From: Candidatus Nanoarchaeia archaeon
Lineage (GTDB): Archaea; Nanobdellota; Nanobdellia; Woesearchaeales; JACPBV01
DNA length: 64,000 nucleotides
Reading direction: 5' to 3'
Assembly: GCA_028279655.1 (NCBI GenBank)
Contig: JANQNH010000005.1
Location: 144,962-208,961 of the forward strand
The notes under the pieces are model-generated. The model was not told the DNA's origin and did not search any database. It saw only the letters and a program-made list of their open reading frames with translations. The position numbers were made by a program, and so were the translations under genes. Below, one piece after another: positions 56,294 through 64,000 of this stretch. The first letter of the stretch is position 1. Each line of letters starts with the position of its first letter.

Positions 56294-57208
56294 CTATCTT
56301 ATTATATCGATATTCTTCCTAGTAATCTCAGCACTGTTGTCCAATGCCTTTTTAGTCTCCTCGCCAAGATCTATCTTAATTATCTCCTCAACACCTTCTT
56401 TACCTAATTTTACAGGAACTCCCAGATATATATCGTTATACCCATACTCCCCTTCCAATAGGACAGAGCAAGGCAATACCTTTTTACTGTCTGTTACAAT
56501 TGCCTCAACCATCTCTGCAATAGAAAAACCAGGAGCGACCCATGCTGTTGTATTTAAAAGGGGCAAAAACTCTCCCCCTCCTTTTCTTGTCCTCTGAACT
56601 AATTCCTCAACCTTTTTCTTACCAAGGACATCAACTATCTTCTTTCCATTTATCTTTGTTTCCTCTAAAACAGGGACCATGCTGTCCCCATGAGCACCTA
56701 AGGTCATTGCCACTATATCCTTTACAGAAGCTCCACTCTCAGAAGCGATAAAGGTCCTGAATCTTGCAGAATCCAGGACACCAGCCATACCTATAACCTT
56801 CTCCTTTGAAAATCCAGTAGCTTTCAAGGCAGCATAAGACATTATATCCAGTGGATTTGTAACAACAATAATGATAGAGGTAGGTGCAGACTTCTTTATC
56901 TCCCCACATACAGAGTTGATTATGCATACATTCTTATTTATTAGGTCTTCCCTGTCCATTCCTGGCTTCCTGGGAAAACCTGCCGTTATAACTACAATGT
57001 CAGAATCCTTTATCTCACTAAAATCATTAGTTCCTGTTATCTTCTTATCAGTTCCTATCAACGGAGCTGATTCCAGTATATCCAGTGCCTTGCCCTGAGG
57101 TATCCCCTCACATATGTCAACCAAGACAACATCCGCTAAGCCCATATCAATTATCCGTAATGCAGCTGTTGCGCCTACATTTCCTGCTCCTATTATGCTT
57201 ACTTTCAT
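56294..57208 (-). CDS. mdh: Malate dehydrogenase (LDH-like family)
   Basis: MKVSIIGAGNVGATAALRIIDMGLADVVLVDI Rossmann N-terminus, and overall LDH/MDH-family similarity. 304 aa. Confidence 0.85.
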   Translation of the reverse strand: MKVSIIGAGNVGATAALRIIDMGLADVVLVDICEGIPQGKALDILESAPLIGTDKKITGTNDFSEIKDSDIVVITAGFPRKPGMDREDLINKNVCIINSVCGEIKKSAPTSIIIVVTNPLDIMSYAALKATGFSKEKVIGMAGVLDSARFRTFIASESGASVKDIVAMTLGAHGDSMVPVLEETKINGKKIVDVLGKKKVEELVQRTRKGGGEFLPLLNTTAWVAPGFSIAEMVEAIVTDSKKVLPCSVLLEGEYGYNDIYLGVPVKLGKEGVEEIIKIDLGEETKKALDNSAEITRKNIDIIR

Positions 57209-57277
57209 ATCAATCCCCTTTATAAGTTATTTTAAGTTATTTTTTAAGTAAAAGGTATTTATTTATAAAGTTTATTG

Positions 57278-57775
57278 CTAGCTTAGCAATCGGTCTAACC
57301 TCTTGCCAGACATCCTAAGAACCACCTCATAGAGATTATCTCCTTTTGCATCCATCGCTACCATCAGGGGCATATCCTCGATCTCTATCTCATAGATGGC
57401 TTCAGGCATCCCAAACTCTTCCTTATACACTCCCTTGACCCCCTTAACCGATGCAGCAATCAAAGCACCTATACCTCCTATTGCTGAAAAATAAACACAC
57501 CCATACTTCTTCATAGCCATCAAGGTCTTTTTGTCCATTCCTCCTTTTCCGATTATTCCCCTCACCCTATACTTCCTGATTACATCAGGAGCATACAAGC
57601 TTAATCTTTCTGAAGTAGTGGGCCCTGCTGATATCACCTTGGTTCCATGATCATCCTTCATCACTATAGGACCGCAGTGGTATATTACTCCATCCTTCAA
57701 CCTATGTAAAAACTCCTTGGATTCCAACAGGTAGACATGGGCCTTATCCCTTGCAGTAAATATTGTACCACTCAA
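57278..57775 (-). CDS. Class I fumarate hydratase beta subunit (Fe-S hydro-lyase, TtdB/FumB C-terminal domain type)
   Basis: GIIGKGGMDKKTLMAMKKYGCVYFSAIGG motif. 165 aa. Adjacent to the alpha subunit. Confidence 0.85.
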   Translation of the reverse strand: MSGTIFTARDKAHVYLLESKEFLHRLKDGVIYHCGPIVMKDDHGTKVISAGPTTSERLSLYAPDVIRKYRVRGIIGKGGMDKKTLMAMKKYGCVYFSAIGGIGALIAASVKGVKGVYKEEFGMPEAIYEIEIEDMPLMVAMDAKGDNLYEVVLRMSGKRLDRLLS

Positions 57776-57831
57776 CTCTACCTTATCACCTACCTTTAAC
57801 TTCCTGATATCCTTATAAGATAATGGTGTCC

Positions 57832-58719
57832 TTAGCTGAATTCTGCATCACCGTTTCTATAGACTAGCCTTCCTCTTCTGCATACCCAGCACATAAAGCT
57901 TATATCAACAAAGTACGAAGGAGGATTCCTGTATAATGCCTTGATCTTAACACCAAGTGTAGTTACCTCGCCTCCTAACCCCATTGCGCCAATACCCAAA
58001 GAGTTTATTTCTCTCTTAAGCTCCATCTCAATCTTAGCTAATCTATCGTCTGGATTAAAATCTCCAATCTTCCGAAGCAGTTGCTTCTTACTTTCTATGG
58101 CCAGTAGGTCCTTGCTTCCTCCTATAGCCACCCCAAGGATATATGGGGGACAACCCCTGCCCTGAGCCCTAAAAACAGCATCAATTACGCATTTTTTTAC
58201 TCCTTCAATACACCTATCAGCCTTCAACATTTTATCAGGCAGCTTATACTGCATTCCAATATTCTCAGAACCGCCTCCCTTCAGCATAAGATCTATCATG
58301 ATGTCTTTTTTATCCCACTGCTCAATGTGGATCACAGGCTGATGTATCTCTTCTTTAAACCCATCAAGACCGACATTGTCTCCTGTATTTAACTCATCAA
58401 CAACCCTTACAGAATTTGGCCTTAAGGGAACTGTTTTGGTAGCTTTTCTTGTGGCATTTACAATAGCCTGCTTAAGTCTATGGTGAGACTCACCCATAGG
58501 CGCTTTTATGTACATTACAGGAGTGCCTGTATCTTGGCAGATAGGTAAAGAATCCCTCCTGGCTATCTCTATATTCTCCAATATCTTTGAAATAGTGTGT
58601 TTTGCTATAGAACCTTTCTTTTCTTTCTTTAAAGAATCCTTTAGGCTATGCTCCACATCTGCTGGAATACTAGTAGCAGTTTTCCTATACAACTTGATTA
58701 TCGCTTTTTCTAGGTCCAT
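57832..58719 (-). CDS. Class I fumarate hydratase alpha subunit (Fe-S hydro-lyase, TtdA/FumA N-terminal domain type)
   Basis: PICQDTGTPV Fe-S ligand motif. 295 aa. Confidence 0.85.
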   Translation of the reverse strand: MDLEKAIIKLYRKTATSIPADVEHSLKDSLKKEKKGSIAKHTISKILENIEIARRDSLPICQDTGTPVMYIKAPMGESHHRLKQAIVNATRKATKTVPLRPNSVRVVDELNTGDNVGLDGFKEEIHQPVIHIEQWDKKDIMIDLMLKGGGSENIGMQYKLPDKMLKADRCIEGVKKCVIDAVFRAQGRGCPPYILGVAIGGSKDLLAIESKKQLLRKIGDFNPDDRLAKIEMELKREINSLGIGAMGLGGEVTTLGVKIKALYRNPPSYFVDISFMCWVCRRGRLVYRNGDAEFS

Positions 58720-58737
58720 TTCTTCAATACCAGATTA

Positions 58738-59460
58738 TTAGGTATATTTAAAAAATTTCCTCAGCTCTCCAAAACTATAAACCTTATCCCCCACTATATA
58801 ACATTCGAATCCACTAAGATCCTGTTTTAAAAAAGGGCTTAGCAGATCTTCCTTGATAACATCAGTGCCCTCAGTTACTAGATTAAAGGAAGGCTGAACT
58901 ATTAGTTCTCTACCAAGGAATTTTCCTTTCAGGAAACACTTGTACATCTCTTCCCTCACTCCATCTTCAACAGTAACAGCAGGATGTTCATGGCCTATGA
59001 TCATAGTCTTAATCCCTTTCAGATCTTTTTCATCAACGATCTTATCTCCATGAACAATCAAGATATCCTGAAGCTTGAGTTCTGGAACAACCTTCACTTC
59101 TCTTTTTCTGGCAATAGGTCCCAGGATAGTATCATGATTGCCTTTGATAAGTATTATCTGCTTGGATTTTTCTTCTAGAAAGTCCAACAACCTTATGGTG
59201 TGCCTCCATTCCAGCTCTGAGATGGTTCCAAACTCATGCTTTATATCGCCATTGATGACTATCCTGTCAACATCTTTGACATTCCCTATTATCTTTCTTA
59301 ATCGTTCCATAGTCTCCTTGAACTGGAACCTTGGTATCAGAACCCCTCCTTTGTTAAGTGCTTCCTCATAGCCTATATGTGTATCTGCAAGTATCAATGT
59401 TCTGTGTTTTCTGAGGTACAGGCATAGGTCTACTATCTCGATGTCCTTCGCAATTTCCAT
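58738..59460 (-). CDS. Calcineurin-like metallophosphoesterase
   Basis: ILADTHIG, GDIKHEF and GNHD motifs. Confidence 0.65.
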   Translation of the reverse strand: MEIAKDIEIVDLCLYLRKHRTLILADTHIGYEEALNKGGVLIPRFQFKETMERLRKIIGNVKDVDRIVINGDIKHEFGTISELEWRHTIRLLDFLEEKSKQIILIKGNHDTILGPIARKREVKVVPELKLQDILIVHGDKIVDEKDLKGIKTMIIGHEHPAVTVEDGVREEMYKCFLKGKFLGRELIVQPSFNLVTEGTDVIKEDLLSPFLKQDLSGFECYIVGDKVYSFGELRKFFKYT

Positions 59461-59465
59461 AGAAT

Positions 59466-59530
59466 AATAGAGAAGAATAGTCTTTTAAATAATTATTGTT
59501 AATAAAAAACAATAAAAAAAATAAAAATTC
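59466..59530 (-). terminator. Hairpin plus oligo-T terminator-like sequence downstream of 59534..59884
   Basis: On the minus strand, TTATTGTT-N-AACAATAA is embedded in T-runs (TTTTTATTTTTTTT). Confidence 0.35.
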
Positions 59531-59533
59531 AGT

Positions 59534-59884
59534 TTATGCGCCTTGTCCTAAGCCCCATATGTCCTTTAGAGCAACAACAACTGTTGCAGGGACAACAAAA
59601 GCCAAAATCTGAGTGAATATACCGCTTAGATATTGTCCGATATATTGGACGCCTCCTAATGTGGCACTAGCACCTCCCATGCTTGCAGCAATCACAAGAA
59701 CAACTGCAACCAATAGGAACTCTTTGGTTTCTTTGCCTGTAACATTAAGGAATCCTACAATCAACCCTAAAACCACCAGCAATGATGCCAGTATAGGGGT
59801 GATGGTCCCTAATGAGAAGACACCTAGGACAATTGCTATGATCACTCCGATTATAAAGGAGTAATTTCCTACTCTTTTGTCCAT
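59534..59884 (-). CDS. Small membrane protein (116 aa)
   Basis: Three to four hydrophobic helices. Confidence 0.4.
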   Translation of the reverse strand: MDKRVGNYSFIIGVIIAIVLGVFSLGTITPILASLLVVLGLIVGFLNVTGKETKEFLLVAVVLVIAASMGGASATLGGVQYIGQYLSGIFTQILAFVVPATVVVALKDIWGLGQGA

Positions 59885-60044
59885 CGTCTTTTCACCTCGC
59901 TTCTTTTACCTATATTAAAGGTATTGATTATCAATAGTGCATATCAACTATATAAACCTTTCGTTTTTATTGCTAATCAATGAGCGTAACTTTTAAATAT
60001 TAGCAATCTCTCCACTACTTATAGCAAAAAAGAGTGGGGAAAAG

Positions 60045-60716
60045 ATGTTCAATTCAGAGACAGAAAAGAAAATAGTTAATTTTATCAAAAACAGCCCTTT
60101 AGGAGTAACTTCTTCTGATATAGCTCACTATTTGGGCCTTAACAGGATGACTATTGCCAAATATCTTGCCATTATCAAAGAAAAGGCCTTGGTTGACTTT
60201 AAACAGCTTGGCATGGCTAAACTATGGTACGTACCTGTTACCCTTAACAGAGAAACCTATTTTAATGAGGTTATCCTAAATCTTGCTGCTGAGCTAAACG
60301 ATGCAGCTCTGCAAAAAAGGGTTAAAAAATCAGCAATAGCCAATGCCAAAAAGATCGAGCGCCAATACAAGCAGTTCCATGGTACTGATAAGCTTAACTA
60401 CCTCCAGGTCCTGGATTCTTTGGTGGATGCACAAAAAAAGATGGGTGGTAACTTTGTAGTGCTGGAAAGGACAGAAGATATAATTATTCTTAAGAATACC
60501 AAATGTCCCTTTGGAGAGAAGGTAAAGAAAGCCCCTTGCCTATGTGCTACGACATCGGCCCTATGCGGGGTGATGGCAGCAAAAAATCTTGGATATAGCA
60601 AGGTGATTATGAAAAAGACAATAGCCAAAGGAGCCAGTGAATGCTTGATTTACATATATCTGAAAAAAACAGAGAAAGAATTAGGAAAAGAAACAGATGA
60701 ATATGCTAGTGTTTGA
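60045..60716 (+). CDS. wHTH transcriptional regulator with C-terminal Cys-containing ligand-binding-like domain
   Basis: N-terminus SDIAHYLGLNRMTIAKYLAIIKEK is a winged helix. C-terminus KCPFGE...PCLCATTSALCG is reminiscent of the V4R domain. Confidence 0.45.
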   Translation: MFNSETEKKIVNFIKNSPLGVTSSDIAHYLGLNRMTIAKYLAIIKEKALVDFKQLGMAKLWYVPVTLNRETYFNEVILNLAAELNDAALQKRVKKSAIANAKKIERQYKQFHGTDKLNYLQVLDSLVDAQKKMGGNFVVLERTEDIIILKNTKCPFGEKVKKAPCLCATTSALCGVMAAKNLGYSKVIMKKTIAKGASECLIYIYLKKTEKELGKETDEYASV

Positions 60717-61185
60717 ATTTCTTCTTAAGCTTTTCTTCAACATAATCCGGGACCATCCCGTTTAGGTTGGCACCCAAAGAAGCAGCCTCCTTGACAATAG
60801 ATGCACTAAGATAGGAATACATCCCACGAGTCATTATAAAGATAGTCTCAATTCTGCTGTCAAGCTTCCTGTTCATCAGGGCAGTCTGGAACTCATAGTC
60901 AAAGTCACTAACTGCCCTTAAACCTCTAACTATTGCATTAGCCTTTTTCTTCTTAGCATAGTCTATCAACAATCCTGAGAAATGATCCACCTCTACATTC
61001 AGGCCCTTGGTAACATTCCCCAACATATCCTTTCTTTCTTTCACAGTAAAAAGGTATTTCTTGTTCGGATTCTCACCAACTGCAACAACAACCTTATCAA
61101 ATATCTTCAGTGCCCTCTTAATCACATCCAGATGCCCGTTTGTTATTGGATCAAACGAACCAGGATAAATAGCAAGCTTTGTCAT
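60706..61185 (-). CDS. coaD: Phosphopantetheine adenylyltransferase, bacterial type
   Basis: AIYPGSFDPITNGHLDVIKRA signature. 159 aa. Confidence 0.85.
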   Translation of the reverse strand: MTKLAIYPGSFDPITNGHLDVIKRALKIFDKVVVAVGENPNKKYLFTVKERKDMLGNVTKGLNVEVDHFSGLLIDYAKKKKANAIVRGLRAVSDFDYEFQTALMNRKLDSRIETIFIMTRGMYSYLSASIVKEAASLGANLNGMVPDYVEEKLKKKFKH

Positions 61186-61187
61186 TT

Positions 61188-61763
61188 TTACCCCTCAAAT
61201 CTATTAACTATCTCATTAACCTGTTTTTTTGTACAAATCAAACTCTTTGAATTATCTAAAGTTATATCTGCGTATTTAAGCTTTTCCTTCTGGCTTAGCT
61301 GTGATTTTAATATGTTCTGAATCTCTTCTATAGTATATTTGCCCTTCCTTAAAACCCTATTCAGCTGCTCTTTCTTGCTTACCTTAGCAACAATGAGCTT
61401 ATCAAACATCCCTGTGCATCTTGTCTCTATCAATAATGCTCCATCAACGATTATTTTCTTATTCTTTGAACTCTTTACTACAGCTCTGATCTCCTTTATT
61501 ATCAGCGGATGTATTATTCTATTTAATCTTATTAATGATTTATGATCATAAAAAACAATATCCTTTAGTTTTCTCCTGTCGATCTTACCTTTTCTAATTA
61601 TTGAAGTGCCAAATTCCTTGATGATCTTTTTCTTTACTGGCCCACCATCAAGTAACCTATGCCCGACAAGATCTGTATTGATGTGTCTATAGCCATATCT
61701 TGCAAACATCCTTGCTACTGTAGTTTTCCCAGAGCCAAATACCCCTGTTATGCCCAGTATCAT
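61188..61763 (-). CDS. coaE: Dephospho-CoA kinase, bacterial type
   Basis: ILGITGVFGSGKTTVARMF P-loop. LNRIIHPLI and VVDGALLIE match CoaE conserved blocks. Confidence 0.75.
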   Translation of the reverse strand: MILGITGVFGSGKTTVARMFARYGYRHINTDLVGHRLLDGGPVKKKIIKEFGTSIIRKGKIDRRKLKDIVFYDHKSLIRLNRIIHPLIIKEIRAVVKSSKNKKIIVDGALLIETRCTGMFDKLIVAKVSKKEQLNRVLRKGKYTIEEIQNILKSQLSQKEKLKYADITLDNSKSLICTKKQVNEIVNRFEG

Positions 61764-61809
61764 ATTACAGGATCAATTGAAAGAAATATAAAAAATTACC
61801 TATTTTAGA

Positions 61810-64000
61810 CTAAAGAACCTTACCAAAAACAAACTCTTTTATCTCTTTTGGCCATTCCTTCTCGATCTCTTTTTTGTACTTATGTACAGCATCGATAAAG
61901 CTCTGGCTGAACTCCCCTATACCGTCAATAACATCAGCTATCTCCATTTTGACAAACCTAGGTACCTTTTTCAGGTTCAAAGCCTGCAGCCTAAGATTCT
62001 CTCTTTTAGAATCCTTTTCATCAAGCATCTTTTTCTCTGCCTTATCCCACTCATCAGAATAGTTAAACTCCTCAAGGTCCCCTTTCTTAACATCTTTCTT
62101 AGAGCCTATCTTAGCCAGTATCTGATTATGCATCCTCCTAAGGAAGTCCATCTTGTCCTCGATCTTCATGATATCCGTCTTCCCCTGCGTAATCAGGTTG
62201 AGTGCAAAAGGAGAAGGCAGAGAAACATGTATCTCCTCAACCTTTATCTTCTTTTCCTCTACTCTTTCAATAACCTTACGTGTATTCTCAATATCCATAA
62301 GGTCCTCCAAAACCTCTCTGCGTGCCTCCTTAAGTATAGAGAAATGCGGGGATATACGGCGAACAGCACTAAGTAAGATCATAGAACTAACCTGCTGCCT
62401 TCCTACCCGTTTCTTCCTGCCCTTATAGCTCCTTAGGATCATTAGGGCTCTTGCAGCACAGTGCCTGAACCGTCTTTTCAGGACCTCCGCCTTATCGATA
62501 GCCATATCCATAACTTTATACAGGTCTTTGCTCTTTAGCATCTTGAAGGCCTTCAACACATCAACCTTTCCCTTAGTGCTGACATAGAATCCATTATCGC
62601 TTATCCCGATCTCAACATCCTTATGCTGCGTCCTACCGATTGCAAACCCAACTGCCCTGGAAAGACAATCATTAACACGCCTGCCATAAAGAGAATGGAA
62701 AACAACATACCTCAAACCTCTTTCATCAGTATAATGCTCAACAATAATACGTGTATCAGAAGGGATGGTTGCATAATGGTGCTGCTCATAGAAATAGTTA
62801 TACAATGATTCAGCAGCTTTCTTATCAACATACAGGTATTCATTGATAAACTCCAAAATCTCCTTTTTAGTCCTATTATAACAGAACTTTTGTCCCAACA
62901 ACTTACGGAACTTCCCGATATCAATCGCCAGATCATAACTCAAAGGAAGCATCTCTGAAAACCACGATGGGATGGTTGGAGGCCTAGAAACAGAAGACTT
63001 GACTTGAGCTACCATACCGCGGGAAAATCTAAATTCATAGACATTCCCACCTAAGGTAAATATATCCCCTGTTCTCATCTTCTCTAAAAAACCTTCCTGG
63101 ATATATCCCACAGTCTGCTCGCCTACCTTGACAGCAACCCTCACTTCTTCAGGTATTGTCCCTATATTAGTCATATATATTACTCTGCCCATCTTTCCAC
63201 GACGACCGATCATTCCACTTTCTTCATCATACCATATCTTAGCATAGACATGCCTGTCTTCCAAGGAAATATACTTCCCAGAGAGATAATCAATCACCTC
63301 CATAAAATCCGCACGAGGAAGATCCCTATAACAATAAGAACCAGTAACCAATTTAAACAAGTCATCGATATGTATCTTTTCCTGTATTGCAATACCGTCT
63401 ATCTGCTGTGCAAGTACATCCAGGCAGTTAGTAGGTATATGTATTCTGTCAATCTTTCTTTCGATAGCATCCTTAAGCAAAACAGCACATTCTACAAGAT
63501 CATCCCTATCAAGGACAATAATCCTCCCCTTTGTTTTTTCATGCATCTTATGTCCAGAACGACCTATTCTTTGTAAAGCACGAGCAACAGACTTTGGAGA
63601 ACCTAAACAGATGACCAGATCAATATAACCGATATCGATACCTAACTCCAAGCTAGTACTGCACACAACAACTTTTAATTTACCTTCACGAAGCCGCGTC
63701 TCAATATCCAATCTTGAACCCTTGCTCAAAGAACCATGATGTGCACCGATATTCTCAACATAATTTTTAGGAAACTTCTCTTTAAGGTGATGGACGACCC
63801 TTTCAGTAGCAGCCCGAGTATTAGTAAAGATGAGTGTTGTCTTATGGTCTTGTATCAGCTTGTCCATCAACACATACATAGAGTGGTGCATCAGACCATG
63901 CTCCTCTCCGATAAGATTCTTGACAGGAGACAACACCTTAAGGTCCATCTCTTTGATAAACTGCACATCAATCACCTTACATGACCTTGGCTTACCTTCA
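61810..64000 (-). CDS. lhr: Lhr-like large ATP-dependent helicase (N-terminus beyond window end)
   Basis: Helicase C-terminal motifs (IFTNTRAATERV, VCSTSLELGIDIG, QRIGRSGH) plus the long Lhr-specific C-terminal extension. The ORF is open to the window edge. Confidence 0.8.
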   Translation of the reverse strand, partial: EGKPRSCKVIDVQFIKEMDLKVLSPVKNLIGEEHGLMHHSMYVLMDKLIQDHKTTLIFTNTRAATERVVHHLKEKFPKNYVENIGAHHGSLSKGSRLDIETRLREGKLKVVVCSTSLELGIDIGYIDLVICLGSPKSVARALQRIGRSGHKMHEKTKGRIIVLDRDDLVECAVLLKDAIERKIDRIHIPTNCLDVLAQQIDGIAIQEKIHIDDLFKLVTGSYCYRDLPRADFMEVIDYLSGKYISLEDRHVYAKIWYDEESGMIGRRGKMGRVIYMTNIGTIPEEVRVAVKVGEQTVGYIQEGFLEKMRTGDIFTLGGNVYEFRFSRGMVAQVKSSVSRPPTIPSWFSEMLPLSYDLAIDIGKFRKLLGQKFCYNRTKKEILEFINEYLYVDKKAAESLYNYFYEQHHYATIPSDTRIIVEHYTDERGLRYVVFHSLYGRRVNDCLSRAVGFAIGRTQHKDVEIGISDNGFYVSTKGKVDVLKAFKMLKSKDLYKVMDMAIDKAEVLKRRFRHCAARALMILRSYKGRKKRVGRQQVSSMILLSAVRRISPHFSILKEARREVLEDLMDIENTRKVIERVEEKKIKVEEIHVSLPSPFALNLITQGKTDIMKIEDKMDFLRRMHNQILAKIGSKKDVKKGDLEEFNYSDEWDKAEKKMLDEKDSKRENLRLQALNLKKVPRFVKMEIADVIDGIGEFSQSFIDAVHKYKKEIEKEWPKEIKEFVFGKVL

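Noticed and set aside
1-64000. CRISPR array or cas genes
   Set aside because: No run of regularly spaced direct repeats and no Cas-like ORFs were seen. The only repeat family found is the 107-bp element, whose copies are dispersed kilobases apart.

Overview
This AT-rich 64-kb window (roughly 35-40% GC by eye) is archaeal. It carries aIF2-gamma, aIF5A, r-proteins S6e and L10e, archaellin-like class III signal-peptide pilins, and BRE/TATA boxes about 30 nt upstream of start codons, which imply short or absent leaders. It also carries several bacterial-type genes: a GNWKMN-type triosephosphate isomerase, bacterial CoaD/CoaE, a lipobox ApbE and TatA/TatC. That mix is typical of small-genome, DPANN-like archaea. 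Core content: glnA divergent from an lrp regulator; a Tat-targeted AmmeMemoRadiSam system; NfnB-like and NfnA-like genes separated by an inserted glycan island; class I fumarase alpha/beta plus malate dehydrogenase; aspartate-type aminotransferase; MscS; an SPFH protein; and an Lhr helicase truncated at the 3' window edge. Accessory content: three toxin-antitoxin pairs plus a partial antitoxin at the window start; a pilin cluster; a glycogen/glycan cluster with two GT3 glycogen-synthase paralogs; and a seven-gene minus-strand cluster of mostly unknown function (pentein-fold enzyme, YkgJ Fe-S protein, ImmA-like peptidase, SAM methyltransferase). The three strongest signals read directly from the sequence are: (i) a 107-bp intergenic repeat family (three full copies, one fragment) with perfect 12-bp terminal inverted repeats that show compensatory substitutions between copies, always abutting the stop codons of minus-strand genes; (ii) two unrelated structured inverted-repeat elements of about 130-140 bp in divergent promoter regions (glnA/lrp and nfnB/glycogen synthase); (iii) an aIF5A whose universally conserved hypusine lysine is replaced by threonine. 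Some ORF-track starts are GTG/TTG read-throughs and are adjusted where an obvious ATG lies downstream.
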